Below, piece after piece: positions 35,869 through 49,461 of a stretch of DNA of 64,000 nucleotides. The translations under genes and the position numbers were made by a program. The notes beneath the pieces are model-generated. The model was not told where the DNA came from and did not search any database. It worked only from the letters and a program-made list of their open reading frames with translations. The stretch covers positions 1-64,000 of the forward strand of contig DF237336.1 in NCBI GenBank assembly GCA_000708835.1, in the 5' to 3' direction. This DNA is from Klebsormidium nitens. Taxonomy: Eukaryota; Plantae; Klebsormidiophyceae. Numbering within the stretch: position 1 is the first letter of the stretch; every line of letters begins with the position of its first letter.

Positions 35869-38800
35869 ATGGCCAATGGATCCGCCTGCCGCTCTCTTTC
35901 TGCTGTCGGATCCTTCATTGGCCAAACTGAAAGCTACACTTGCCAAGCAAACAGGCGCTCGTCGCTCGCATTCGCATTCCACTCGAAGAATCTCCAAGCA
36001 GTCTCCAGTGGAAGGTATTCGGAAGCCAATGCAGCCACTCTGCTGCCATCTTTGAACTCGTCTTTCAACGGCATCAGCAGCATTGCTCTGCACGCCACCC
36101 AGCGGCCGTGCACACCTGCTTCTCAGGCCAGACAAAGAGGTGGCGCCGTCACTGCCAGTGCTTCCAGGAAGGTACTGCTTGTCAACACACACGCGGGAGG
36201 CCATGCGGTGATTGGCTTCTGGCTGGCCAAGCAACTGCAGGAGGACGGCCATAAAGTGACGTTCTTCATTGCAGGTGAACAGAGGAATCCTACTGCAATT
36301 TGTGGAGCAATGTAGAGGTCCCGCAACCTAAGTCAATTCCAGCGCTTGCCAACTGCTCCGCACGACAGAAGATGTCCACTCACCCAGTCGGTGCTCTACT
36401 TTTTTGGATCATGGAAAAACTAGGGTCTATCCTGGCGCCAAGCTGCCAACTCCATGCCATGCTTGTTTTCATGCAGGAGATGAGTCATCCGACAAGAACA
36501 AGAAGGAACCCTTCACCAAGCTGGAGGCAAGTTCCTCCATGACCACTGAATACTTGTCAATGTATGAGTTGCGACTCAACCATGTCTGCTTGGCAAGTGG
36601 TGGACCTTGAGAGGCGGAATGTGGCCTCATACGATATAGCAAGATCCAGGCGCGCTAGAGACTAAGTATATAGCAAGACAAACAAGTCACAACTCTCTTA
36701 CCCTTGTTGTCCAAGGCCTAACATTGCTCTTCAATATTAACATTTCTGCAACGACAATCTGGTTGACAAAGGCACATCCTGATAATGGACACTCAAGACC
36801 GCTGCTGTTATCTCTGCAGGAGTTGCGCTCAGCTGGCGTGAAAGTAGTGTGGGGCTCTCCTGCTAAAGTTGGCGGCGCTGTTGAGGGTAGCTTTGACACA
36901 GTCATCGACAACAATGGCAAGGACCTGGAGTCTGTCCAGTAAGTATGCTCTGGATGATGCGGGACCGCTGTGATCAAAGATTCTCGCCACTTTTGTAGAT
37001 CATGATGTTTTCCTATTTGAGGCTTCGCACAACCTGTTACCTTGTAATGGGTGTATACTTGTGTCAGCCAATGCTCAGGGTTGTGAACTGCTTGCCGGGA
37101 GCAACCCGCCTCAGACGTGGCGCTTGCTGTGCAGGCCTGTGGCGGAGTGGGCTCTGAGCAACGGCGCGTCGCAGTTCCTGTTTGTGAGCAGCGCAGGAAT
37201 CTACAAGAACACCGAGGAGCCTCCTCATGTTGAGGGGGTAAGACTCTTTCTTGTCTCGATTTACTTTCAAGCTGGCCCTTAGAGGCCACAATGTCATCGT
37301 TCATGGCCAATTCCTGCCAAAACCAGTTGTGGGTTGAGTTGCTTCCCTCACTTTCGCAGCCACGTGATTTGAAACTTTGATGGAAGTACACGAGTCACAA
37401 TCTCACTTTGAGTATTGCGTCCCAAGTCTTCACCGAACCTCGCACAAAAAACGGGATTGATAGAAGGAGCATGTCAGGGAGTCAAAAGCCAAGCCCAGCA
37501 GTCTCAGCCTTCCGAACAAACTCCTGCACAGACTCCCAAAATACTTGGCAGTTGGCTTGTGAGTTTGTCCATTCTAGATACCCATTGTCCATAGCAGATC
37601 CTCGACTCCCACCTTGTTTCGAGTCCACACTGTTGGGGTGCCCTTTGTGACATGCGGCTGCGCGGTGGCCGTGCGTGCAGGACCCGGTGAAGGCGGACGC
37701 GGGCCACGTGCAGGTGGAGAAGTACCTGAACGAGGCCGGCTTCTCAAGCGGGGCCGCCTTCTTCCGGCCGCAGTACATCACTGGCAAGTACAACAACAAG
37801 GACTGCGAGGAGTGGTTCTTCGACAGTGAGTGCGCCCACACCCACCCTGTATCAAGTCCTGACATAAGCCGGCAGTCAGAAATTGTGGAAGCTTTCTAAG
37901 GCGCAGCCATAATGCAAGAAGACTGTGAACAGGACCAGACGAGGACATTCCAAACGTGCCATGGAAGCGTGTTGCGTCCTTGACGACTGAGGTCTCTGCT
38001 GACGATCTGCTGCCTTCAATGCTCTTCGAGTTGGCCTGCTGATCTGGCTCGACCAGTTTAAGGAAGGATTTCGAGGACGACCTCATGCATCTCATCAGTG
38101 CCCAGTGAGTATCTAATAGATGGGTTGGCCTAAGGCTGCCACAAGCCATTTGGAGGGGCTGATGCTGTTGATCCAACTCGTTTGGACCTCGTGCCTCAAT
38201 CAAGACTCGATATAGCCGCAGGCGAGGCGTGGCATCAACTCCCTTGTGAATCTCCACTGTGCGATACTGCAATTTCTGCCGCTAGTTTATCACCAGCTCG
38301 AAGCTGTTGGTACCATTCACTGTTCGGACCATTCACCAGCTCGAAGCTGCAGAGGCACGTGCTAATAGTCGGGAATGGAACTGCATTCAGCGTCTCTCAG
38401 CGCGCGCACGCCGGTTGCTTGGTGCAGGGATTGCGCGTGACCGCGCTGTGCCTATCCCTGGGTCGGGGATGCAGATCACCAACATCACCCCGGTCACGGA
38501 CCTGGCGGCCATTCTGGCGGCGGCGGTGAACCAGCCGGAGAAGGCGGCGGGGCAGGTGTTCAACCTGGTTGGGGACAGGGGGGTCACCTTCGACGGGTGA
38601 GGCCACTCGCAGGCTGGGGCTGGAAACAAGGCAGAGCGGATTGGTGCTAACGCACAACTTCGTGTAAAAGCTTCTTCCTGGAGTCCTGGTTACCTGGATT
38701 CTCGAGTCTGACCCCGGGGGCCCGCATCAAAAAGGGGTCTCTAAGAAGCATTTACCGACGAGCGTGGTCAGCTTCGCACGTCACGGTGTAACCCTCCAAC

Positions 38801-39562
38801 GCCTATTCTCTTCGCAGTTTTTGGACTTACGCCCGCATTCAAAAGCAATGAACAGTGAACCCCGGCTTAGTTCCCTTTGTGCTCCCCTCTTTCCAGGCTG
38901 GTGCGCTTGGCGGCCAAGGCTGCGGGCAAGGACCCGAAGGAGGTCAAGATCGTGCACTACGACCCCAAGAAGGCCGACGTGGACGTCAAGAAGGCCTTCC
39001 CCTTCAGGAACGTGGTAAGGAAATGCACCCAGGGCTTTATCCTGTGTGCCAAGCTTGGCGTATGGTTTTCGAGCTACTCGGAAAGTTGTTCAAAAGGAGC
39101 TCTTGGTGCAATCGAAAGTTGTGCTACCCGATCCTTGGGAGAAAGTGCGCGATGATGTACTTCTCAAGGTTTTTGATGCATTCTTTGAGAGATCAGACCT
39201 CCATTGCAAGCTCTATCGGTAATTTGCACTTCCTTGCGTTCTATCGAATGCTTTTTGATGCATCAGGCTTTCTGGGCATGGAGCTATTAACATTCTTCTG
39301 ACCAGTTTCAAAATCCAGCGTTCCTTGCGAAAGGGATAGGAAATATATGAAGTAAATTCCCTAGTGCACGAGTCTTTTTCCTCTGCAGCACTTCTATGCT
39401 GAGCCGCGCGCCGCCAAGAAGCTGTTGGGGGTGACGCCCCAGGCCCAGCTGCTGGACGTGTTGACGGCGCGGTACCAGGATTACGTCGCGAGCGGGCGGA
39501 ACAAGAAGGACCTCAAGGACAAGCTCGCGCTGGACGACAAGATCCTCAAGTCAGTCAAGTAA
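35869..39562 (+). CDS. CSP41A: Chloroplast stem-loop binding protein of 41 kDa a (NAD-dependent epimerase/dehydratase fold), about 427 aa
   Basis: Exons 35869-36274, 36477-36526, 36820-36938, 37135-37237, 37681-37825, 38428-38596, 38897-39014, 39389-39562. Motifs [75 protein letters not shown]. Confidence 0.95.
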
Positions 39563-40822
39563 AGGGCGGCTCGTGAACACGCACGCACAGGTGTTGGCTG
39601 CGCGGCGTATGCCGGGCTCGATCTCGAATGAGCTGAGCATGAAACTCGAGTTGGAGATATGAATACTTGAGGAGAGGATTCAGGGTTGCCAACCTCTCAA
39701 CATTGAGAACGATTTTGTACTTGGCAGCCTGATGTTCTTACATTTTGTTACGTCGGATCGGTAACGACCGTCCGGCCATGTTGCAATCCTGAATTCGTGG
39801 TCACCATCAAACGTTCAACACAAGGACCTACAGGATCCCGTACACGCGGTTGGACAGTCGTACAGATTATTGGCAGATTGTCAAGTTGCTCCAATCATTG
39901 TAACCGGCCGAGCTTATTGGACGGTCGATCCGGTTGCATGGGCATTCGCTCGGTGGGCATGCGGCTTAACGTGCATCATAAGCATCGCGCATGTCGTCGA
40001 TCTCGATGTCATATGGCGTGGCCGCCTGGCCCGCCCTCGAGTCCGCAATTAAGCATGCATATGTCAGCGAAAGCATGCTAATGTACATGAACTTATTCCA
40101 ATTCGGATCTGTCTGTGGAACTGTCAACGCAAGGAAATTTTGAACTATTTTCGGATGTGTGTGTGCATGGAATTCTCGGTGCAAGGAAGTTCAGCTTTGC
40201 ATGCCACCGTTGATATCTAAATCGCGCGATCTGGCCGTTGCCGCCGCTGCATCAACGTATCTGCTAAGTTTGCCCATAGCTGCGCACGTTAAGACGTTCA
40301 CAGCTAAAAGTCTAGCTGATCGAGCACGTAGGAGAACCGTCACGGTCGACTAATTAATCTTGTCTTCATGGCCCCTCGAAACAACTTTGATCAAACAATT
40401 ACAATTACAATTATCTCGATCGATCAAACTCAAGTTAAGCCTGCGCGCTTCATGCCGCATCCGATCTCATTGCGGTACGTCCATTTGAACGATGTATCCA
40501 AAACATTCGCCATGCCGTGAGTTTGCCGCCCACGTAATTGGCCACCGGCGCTGTGCATATTGTTAACGTACGTGCTGCATGCATCTGTCGATTCGGGCCG
40601 ATTGCGCGCAAGAGATCGAGATGTGGGGACCTTGGTCAACTTCGTATAAGCTTCCAGTTATGAGAGGTTTGATTGTCTTATCTGCGGTACCTGAATGACC
40701 TGCAGTATCAACAGACTGAGTCACAGGAATCCAGTCACCTGGAAGCACGGGAAGAGGAAACAGCGCGGCCTTCTTACTTTTTGAATTGTTGCGTTTTTAG
40801 ATTCTATGACTGTTCTTCTGTT

Positions 40823-43159
40823 TCACAGAATCGCCCACAGCCCAGAAATAGCCGCAGCCGTGATCGCGAAGCTCCAGAGACCTGGAAGCACAGCCGGAAA
40901 AAGACGGCATCAGCATCGGAACAATGACATCATCTTCGCGCCTGCATCTTCACGAGACTGACATGAAACCTGCGCTTCAACCAAGCTCTCCATTTCACCA
41001 GCATATGCTGATCGCGAAGGACGGCGGCAGTCCAACGAGAGTAGATTGAGGCATCGAATAACTCTCGGGGCACTCTCGGGGCCTTGCGCCAAACTGCTGA
41101 GACACCACTGTCAGAACAGCGAAGACCGCGTTCCATCCGGATGCACCCGATAATGGATGCCCAAAAGACTTTTCCAAGCCGGCCTTTGTTGACACCTGGT
41201 GCTCACCCGGAGTAAAGACGGCTGCTGGCGAGCTTGGAGGCGGTGCGGTGGCGTTGACTCCTGCAGTGAGCATTAGTAAGGCCAGTGAGAGATCCAGCAA
41301 TGCAAACCTAATGGACAAGCGAACACGCCTACGTCTTTGCAGCAATAGAAGGGCCTCAGTTCTTTCTTGACTGTCCAACCGTTTTCCCTGATAGTCATAA
41401 TCCTGAGATCTTTTTGTTTTCAGCATTTTCTGGCGGGCAGAGACACTACGAACTTCGCCAAGGCATTCCTGATGGATATGCGAGAAGAAGCAAGAATTTC
41501 TGCTCTGATATGGTCCCTACGAAGCTCGAGAAAGTGCGAGAAGAATGGGGGCTAACCTCCCGCCACGACCCCGACTTCTCTGGCCGCAGGGGCTGGTGCG
41601 GGAGCGGTCTCGGTCGCAGCTAGAGCGGGAGCCGGCGCGGGAGCGACCGCGGAAACCGGCGCTTGAGCGGGGGCCGGCGCTGCACAGATGGGGTTTGGGG
41701 GTTTAGGGCCAGGGGAACAGCGGGCGCGATCGCACTAGAAACAGACTCCAGTGATTCGCACAGGTTGATCAGGAGTTCTAAAAGTGGATCAGGCACTCTC
41801 GCAAAAGACAAAAAGCAGGGAGGTGGTATGATCGGTATCATTGACCAGGTCCATGCATAAGATTCTCTCGGGCGATTTTGCCGTGTTCGACGAGAGATAG
41901 GTTTACTTTGCAGCAAGCGGCTGCGCCTCAGATGACGACGAAGACTTGCATACCGATGCTCGAGAGCGCTTCCACAATCACAGTGGAACTTGAGTTTAAA
42001 GAGACATTCTCTTTGACTGCAAAGAAAGCGGGCACTTTGAGTGCTTGAGGGTGAACGTTTTCCAATTGGATATCACTCCCTAAGACCAGCGAAAGGAGAA
42101 GCGGCATTGGTCTGACCTGACACGTTGGACGCGTTGGCCCCTCCGAGGAGGCCCGGCAGCACAGTCGAGATGTTGGGCCCTGCAATCATATGCAACGGCG
42201 GCCTCAGAGGGCTGAGCATCAGAGAGGCACTCCGAATACACGTTGCAGACCAGCCGAACCAGCCGACAATACGTTTAGAATTTAAGTCTCGAGACCAGCC
42301 AAGAGCTTTGTTTCTAAGGCATCCGATCTTTTCGAAGTGCACGTACCTGCGGTCACAGGAGCTGGGGCCGAAGCAGGGCCTGTTTCACACATTGGGAGGA
42401 AAAAGTTAGGGAGGGGCTGCCGTGCGTGCCGGTGCTTTAGAAGAACGAATGACCAGCAAGCATCTCATGATGGGTTAAGCCGACGTTGCTACGCCTTGCT
42501 GCCCTAAACTCAGTGTTCTTGCATTGAATGGTCGAGAAAAAAGGAGGCATTGCTGACGTATATGGACCAATCCGGTCTGTGGCCTATAGTAAAATCAAAG
42601 TGACCAGGTGTTCAGAATAACAGCAAGACTCTGTACTAACAGTATTTTATTGTATAGCAAAACCGTGGCAGCATTTGATCGAAAAGCAGGTTGAAAGAGC
42701 GGCATGCAGGCATCAAACTCTTGACCGACATTGGGAGGGTCGATACGGTATCAGATGTTTTCTGTGGTTGACCTTGCTTCTTAAAGCTCCTAAGCTTGGG
42801 CTCTCAAGGGACACCAAACCAGCGCAGTGCGAACGCACGTAATTCATAGCTGCATCGCCCATTCTTTTCCATTTCTTCCATGTTTCTGTGCCATCGAGTC
42901 AAAGAGCTTCCAAAGAAGGGACCTCGTCACATGTGCCCTTGATTACACCAAAAAGAAACTGCAAGTGAAAAGCTGATGCACTTTCTGTAATTATTTACTA
43001 TCAGAACCTCACGCAAGACCACAGACGCAGACGTCAAATCACACGGATCCGTGCCGGCTGCTTTTGAAGCCACGTACCTTGCGCAGACGTCCGCAGGAGG
43101 AGGGCCAAGAGGAGGACGGAGAAAAACGCGCCATGCGCCAGTGCGCGCCGGGGAGCCAT
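40823..43159 (-). CDS. Putative secreted arabinogalactan-protein-like (Pro/Ala/Ser/Thr-rich) glycoprotein with a hydrophobic C-terminal (GPI-type) tail, about 158 aa
   Basis: Hand-built exons 43159-43078, 42379-42347, 42179-42117, 42016-41954, 41679-41557, 41260-41207, 40881-40823, all GT-AG and all phase 1, total 477 nt. Signal peptide MAPRRALAHGAFFSVLLLALLLRTSAQ, AP repeats APAPAQAPVSAVAPAPAPALAATETAPAPAPAA, and tail GLWSFAITAAAISGLWAIL*. The internal exon set may be incomplete. Confidence 0.7.
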
Positions 43160-44602
43160 CCTGGAACAAGGCTTAGCTATTGGCGCCGCAACCAGCAAAA
43201 GCTCGCGGAGGCTTTGAGGCCTTCCACTCTTGAGTACTAATCCGGGGCGTCACTACTCGCTGGCGCGACGAGGACGAAACGAAAAAAATGGGCGTCTTCG
43301 AGAATACAGAGCGCTCATGTAGGTCCTAGCTCAATGCCCAAAAGTTGGCTTGTTGGAAAAGCTCTTTGAAAAGCTCGCGCGACGAGGGAAGCACAAAGAA
43401 TCTAAAGACGGCCAGATCACATGCACGACGCAGCACAGTGCCCTCGCAAACGCTCATTACGAAAGTTGGTCAGAGCTGTTCGGCTGGGTAGACGTGGGCA
43501 CTGCACGGCCAAGTTGTCAAGCGGTGGTCAGCATCTTCAAGACGGGCGCTTTTGCTGCTTTCACGGTCAACATATCATCTCCAGCGCACGTCTTCGTCTG
43601 GTGCGCAGAGCAAGTGTTGCGTCTTTGACAGTACCTGCGTTGACTGTTTTTCTTCTGTGACGAAGGGTACCAAGACCAGCACGGCAAGTCGTATCTAGCA
43701 ATTGTCCACCTTATGGAACGCAAACTTGAAAGCTGCTAGCCTCAGGAACAGTGTAGGAAGTTGACGTACCGACCCAGCGTTACTGTAAAAGCCAGCCTGG
43801 TCCGGATACAAGCTAGGATCCTCGCAGCCTTGTGTTCATTGAATGTCTAATTTGGACAAGCCGCGCGGTCCGCAACCAGAATTGAGCATTAAGTCTGGCT
43901 GGCGCCTTGCAAAGAACGGACGGCCGCTATGTCACGACGATAAGCGCGAACCTTAAGCGACATCAGAATGGTAGTCTAGGCCAAGATCAAAGATAAGAGC
44001 TGACTAAACGGGGATGAAGCGTCGGGCCGCGCCCCACGCGCGCCAGCCTGTGATCTGTCCGCTTTTGAGAATCCACCGTCGGCTTTAAGCGCTCGATCAG
44101 CCTCAAGAGCTTAATGACATTGATATCATTGCGGCGCAGCGGCCAGCAGGCTGACATAAAATCTCGTCTCGTAAGTCATTGATTCAGATTGGGCGAGCTA
44201 GCTACAGTAGATATCGCGATCACGCGAGTGGCATGCATATGGTAAAATCAGTTGGCCTGCATATGGACCTACGGTGTACTGCAGCTCCTATGTCTTCGGT
44301 TTGCCAATGCAGGGCCGCCTGCAACCATCGCCCGCGGCCGGCCGCGCAGGCGCAAGTAAGTTGTACATGCCAATAGCGTTGTAGAAGAAGGTGACAGGTC
44401 CGCCCGTAACTGTGCCCGGTTGCTTGATGGAAAAGTGCTCGGGACTTTGGCCAAGATTCGCTCGAAGCGATAAGGCCAGTCAGAAGCTGCCAAGTGTCCA
44501 GGCCCGAAACATGGTGTTGGAGCCTCGGGAGGGCGGCGGTTGCCGAAGCTGCGCACTGAGGATGTATTGTTCTACCGGCACTACTACCGACCATTACGTG
44601 AG

Positions 44603-45489
44603 ACTAGCAGTGGGGCAGGTCGTGGTACCGGTTCAAAGTCTACCGCGCATTTTTGACCGGCCGAAGTGCCTTAGCTGCAGTCGCAGACCGAGTTGCAAGC
44701 TAGGTTTCAAATGATCCGGATCCTCTACACGTTCGCGTGACTTTTAATACCCGGTACGCGCAACGGCCAAAATAAGTTGCATGTACTGTAGAGGTTAATT
44801 GTCAGATAATAATTCCGTACCTTAGTTCCGTACNNNNNNNNNNNNNNNNNNNNNNNNNNNNNNNNNNNNNNNNNNNNNNNNNNNNNNNNNNNNNNNNNNN
44901 NNNNNNNNNNNNNNNNNNNNNNNNNNNNNNNNNNNNNNNNNNNNNNNNNNNNNNNNNNNNNNNNNNNNNNNNNNNNNNNNNNNNNNNNNNNNNNNNNNNN
45001 NNNNNNNNNNNNNNNNNNNNNNNNNNNNNNNNNNNNNNNNNNNNNNNNNNNNNNNNNNNNNNNNNNNNNNNNNNNNNNNNNNNNNNNNNNNNNNNNNNNN
45101 NNNNNNNNNNNNNNNNNNNNNNNNNNNNNNNNNNNNNNNNNNNNNNNNNNNNNNNNNNNNNNNNNNNNNNNNNNNNNNNNNNNNNNNNNNNNNNNNNNNN
45201 NNNNNNNNNNNNNNNNNNNNNNNNNNNNNNNNNNNNNNNNNNNNNNNNNNNNNNNNGTACTAGCAGTGTGGCCGGTCGTGGTACCGGTTCAAAGTCTACC
45301 GCGCTCTTTTGACCGGCCGAAGTGCCTTAGCTGCAGTCGCAGACCGAGTTGCAAGCTAGGATTCAAATGATCCGGATCCTCTACACGTTCGCGTGACTTT
45401 TAATACTCGGTACGCGCAACGGCCAAAATAAGTTGCATGTACTGTAGAGGTTAATTGTCAGATAATAATTCCGTACCTTAGTTCCGTAC
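44603..45489. repeat. Pair of 231-bp direct repeats (44603-44833 and 45259-45489) flanking a 423-N gap
   Basis: The two copies align without indels and differ by 6 substitutions. Confidence 0.85.
44834..45256. other. Assembly gap (423 N)
   Basis: Run of N. Confidence 0.99.
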
Positions 45490-46559
45490 GTTGCGGTCGC
45501 GCTGGCTGACTTCACCGCGCGCCGCGTGTCAAAATATAAGTACCTACGTGCGCGGCGGTTCGATTTCCAAGTTTTGTACGGTCTAGGTCGAATGACACTG
45601 CAAATTGCCTCAATTTGCCTGAGGGCTGCGCGGACCGTCGATGATGAATTTGACGGGCAAGATTACACTTTATCGCTTCGATCGAATCTTGAAATGTTAG
45701 AAAGATAGGGGCGGGTCCGCAAGCTTCTTCTACAACGCTATGATGTTGTATTGGACCTTGAATATTATGGAGTATAAGTGTCGCCGATTTCGACACAGGT
45801 ATGCGATGAGCAGCGCAGGTCGTCAATGGTGGTAATAACTTCGTCACAAACAATTGACCAGATGTTTGCGAAGTTTATTGGCAACAATACAGTTCACGTT
45901 ATGCTAACGTGTATCATTAAGATGGCAACCGACACGGATTTTGACATGCGATTTGCAGGGCCAGGTTGGTTGTTTCTGGCAATAGATGTATGAACCTACG
46001 CTATTCCGGCTCATCATAGGGAAATCAAAGACACAAAGAAGATTTCTTCATTTCAAAGACAAAGTCGGAACACAAGTTGTATTCATTTTTGCAGTATGTA
46101 AATGAAAGATGCAAGTGGTAGACACTGTTTCGAGACCTGTTTGGATGCTGTTGAACATGCCATGTGACTTCGACGAAACTTCGAACGATTTAGCGAGCCG
46201 TTTCAAACCTACCTAAGCAAGCGGTAGCTAATGTTCCATTTATATGATGTACAGTGTATCATACACAACCGAGCCACTAAGACAGCTCGGCCACGCTCCT
46301 AAATTCTCTCTAGCTCAGTTTTTCCGGCAGCCTCGTCCTTACTACAACGTCCCTGCAAATGCTTCCTTTATCCGCCCACTCTCCGAGAGGCCTTCGCCTT
46401 CTTGGCTTCTGTGTTGGCCTGCAAACGCAATTAACGTCTGCCATGAAACCCTTGATCACATCCCTTAAATTAAAGAGCGTTTGACAGGATGATGGGCAGC
46501 TTCTGCAAACTACAAACTTGATACAAATGCGGAAAGGGACGCTTGCAACATGCACAGCC

Positions 46560-49014
46560 TTATTCAGCCTGAACATTCAGAGTGCCAGCGTGTGTTGGAA
46601 AAAGCAGTGAAAGAGAAGCAGTGAAAGACATAACCATGCTCATAGCTTGAGAGGCCAAAGAGCTCTGGTCTTTGAAAATTCTCACCGCTGCAATGACCTG
46701 ATCAAACGCCCCCGAACCATGCTCCGACACAAACTCAGCGATCCCAGACTTCGCGTCAGGGCTTAGCATTTGCAGGATCTGCTGCTGCACGACACGAAAG
46801 GGAAAGGAGGATCAGATAACACCGCAAAAGATTGTACTCTCGTCAGGAAAAGAAGCTTCTTCCCCCATGGGTGGGACTGGTGCATGGTCTTCTTCATTCC
46901 AACGGTTGGATTACAAATACATACCAAACAATTGGCGAAGATTAGAAGTGATCAACGTATCAGGCTGTGCCAGAGAAGGACGTGACATAGAACCACTGGA
47001 AATTGGGAATCGTTAAGCCAATAAGTCGTCTCAAATTACTTCGAGCATCCTGCAAATGCCCTATCCCTGGGCAAAGAACCCGCTGCTCCATAATGCGGAG
47101 AAGTTGCTCTTGACATTGGAATGCTGTGGACAACGTCCAATGCGAAAACTGCTCTGGTGCACTGGACATTGCAGTGCTCTCTAAAGATCAACCTCGGATT
47201 AATCTCAGTTAAAAGCGATGACAGGCAGTAGTAAAACTACATAATGAGAAGGTTCTATTGGGCGATAGACTGGGTTAGAGTGCTCCATGGAATTTGAGTA
47301 AGCAGGTCTCAGTAGCTTTGCTAGGCCTAGGACATTATGTTCCTAGAGGACAAGAGTATCTTCTCAGCGTCTGCTTACACTGTTGTTAGGACGTGGGGAG
47401 GTTTCAATGCCAAGCTTGTCACCATACTCGCGCAGCGCCGGGTCGATGAACTGACGGTACATGTACGCAGCACCATTGAACTGCAACCAAACAGGGAGGC
47501 CAATCTTACAGTAGTTTGCTAAGCTTGTTTTGAAAATGTGCAAACTAAATCAAACACCTCAAACAGTCGTCAGACAACAGGCAACCACTGCATTGTCTCA
47601 TGTCGGGCAAACGGGTGCAGAGTGAAGGCAGGGTGCTGGACAAGTAGAAGCTGCTTCAGAATGCAAGACCAACATCCACTGAAGCCACCTGTGATTCTAA
47701 CATCAGGGTGCACACCAGTCGCAAGAAACCCCAAGAGGAGCGCCCTGGCACATGTAGATACCAAAATAGCAAGCGCTTACTTGCGGCATTACGAGCCAGA
47801 GGATGAGTGCCAGCTTGAGCTGGTTGTAAAGGGGAATCCTGCGCATATTAGCAGACTGTTCGTCAGGAGTGCTTTTAGACTTGTAATTTTGAATTTCAGT
47901 GCAAAGTAATCAGCAAGTCATTGTAAGTAAGAAGGCCACCAATGCGAGATTTTGGAAGCAGCATAACTCTTTGACATTGAAATTTATAGCCAGATTGCAA
48001 GAGCAGTTTGATCAGTACGGATGATCCATTCTAACGACAATTCTATGACTTCCTTGCTTGCAACTCTACTTCATACTGCAAAGGCATGGCCTCACCATGC
48101 AATGATGGGAGCAGCAACAGCCTCAAAGAAGGACAGCAGGGAGTAAATGACCTGCAATCACACACCGAGAAAATGATTGAGAGAAAGCTCTCAATACGCC
48201 ACTGCTGAGAATGAGGCACTAGTTTCCAAGGTCGCCAACATTCAAACATACCTTTTATGTATCCACAAGCAAAACGTAACAGCCAGCCAGAGGGCGACTT
48301 TCGCCTAGATTTGTTGCACCAAGGCCGCATCATGTCAACCGTGCTGTTCCAAGTTCCTGCTTACCCAGTAGGTGAGCCAATTTTCATCGTCCTCTCTGTG
48401 AGGAGACTCGAGGGCCTTGAAGGACATGAGCCTGCAGAACAGCATAGTTTGCTCACTCGGACAGAGAGGGCGCAGTGGAATACTTGGAAAAAGGTGCATG
48501 TGCAAAGGAGTCTGCATTGGCCTGCCACTTATTCTGCCTCAACAAAAATAAACCTTTTCCAAGAAAGAAGTAGTTGCAACAGCCTCAACAAATCAGTTGA
48601 AAGAGCAAGTGGTCAAGGAAGAGTAAATCATGCATGCAGCGTGCTCAAGCTCAATCAAACTGAATTTACGCTGGTACAAGTGCAGAGCTGCAGACAAGTA
48701 TACGAAACAGCGGAGTGGCAGCGGGAGTGATGACTCACAGAGGATAGGCCAGGCCTGCGCACGGCCTGCAAGGATATGGATCGCAGTCAGCGCCTGAGGC
48801 AAGGAGCATTCTGAAATGAGGAGGTCTAAAAGAAGGCCTCATGCAACGCAAACTGACTGCTGATAAGGACTTGAACACTGTCTGAAAAGCTCTCAAACTC
48901 AATGGTCAACGAGCAGGAAAGGTACCACCTTCATCATCACAGATTCGAAACTCACCCAACAAGGAAGGTGAGCTTGCTGATAAGGCCAGCCACGAGGCCC
49001 ACGAACGTCACCAT
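46560..49014 (-). CDS. HVA22: HVA22-like protein (TB2/DP1/REEP family), about 158 aa
   Basis: Exons 49014-48956, 48765-48739, 48431-48365, 48151-48096, 47838-47781, 47480-47379, 46784-46686, 46568-46560 (last exon least certain). Protein [15 protein letters not shown]...[19 protein letters not shown]...[28 protein letters not shown], with a plant-type tail [11 protein letters not shown]...[17 protein letters not shown]. Confidence 0.9.
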
Positions 49015-49461
49015 CTTGGCACAGCACAATCACAAAGCAAAGCGCGGGTCAGAGAGTAAGGGAGGTGCTAGGAAAACGGTACTAAGATAGGTACAATGAT
49101 GCGCTTCAATCGCAGAAGTGGATCAAATTTTGCTTTGAAGAACAGCACCAGAACTTTGAAAGATGTTGAAACTTCCAAGATCTTTTGCAGACGCAGCAGA
49201 CGCGATCCTGCAAAGCAGCAACTTCAAGCTGCGCCATCATGCTGAAGTTTGGAGGCTCTGCGAAGCAGCTGCCAGCTGGCATGACAAGTCAGCTCACCAG
49301 CCCACTTGGCACTCCGAACTTGTGACGTCATGGAGCAGATACTCGACGCCGGCGGCCAGCCGCGCGGCACTCGCGCAATGTTTTCGCACTGGCAATACCT
49401 CGCTCTAGTTGCTAGAAACAGGCCCAGGGGGGCCCCAAGTCTGAGTACAGTAGACGCACAC

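Noticed and set aside
43235-43285. GAGGACGAAAC resembling the 3' half of a hammerhead ribozyme core
   Set aside because: No upstream CUGANGA core or GUCC partner for stem II. It lies in the promoter region of the AGP-like gene.
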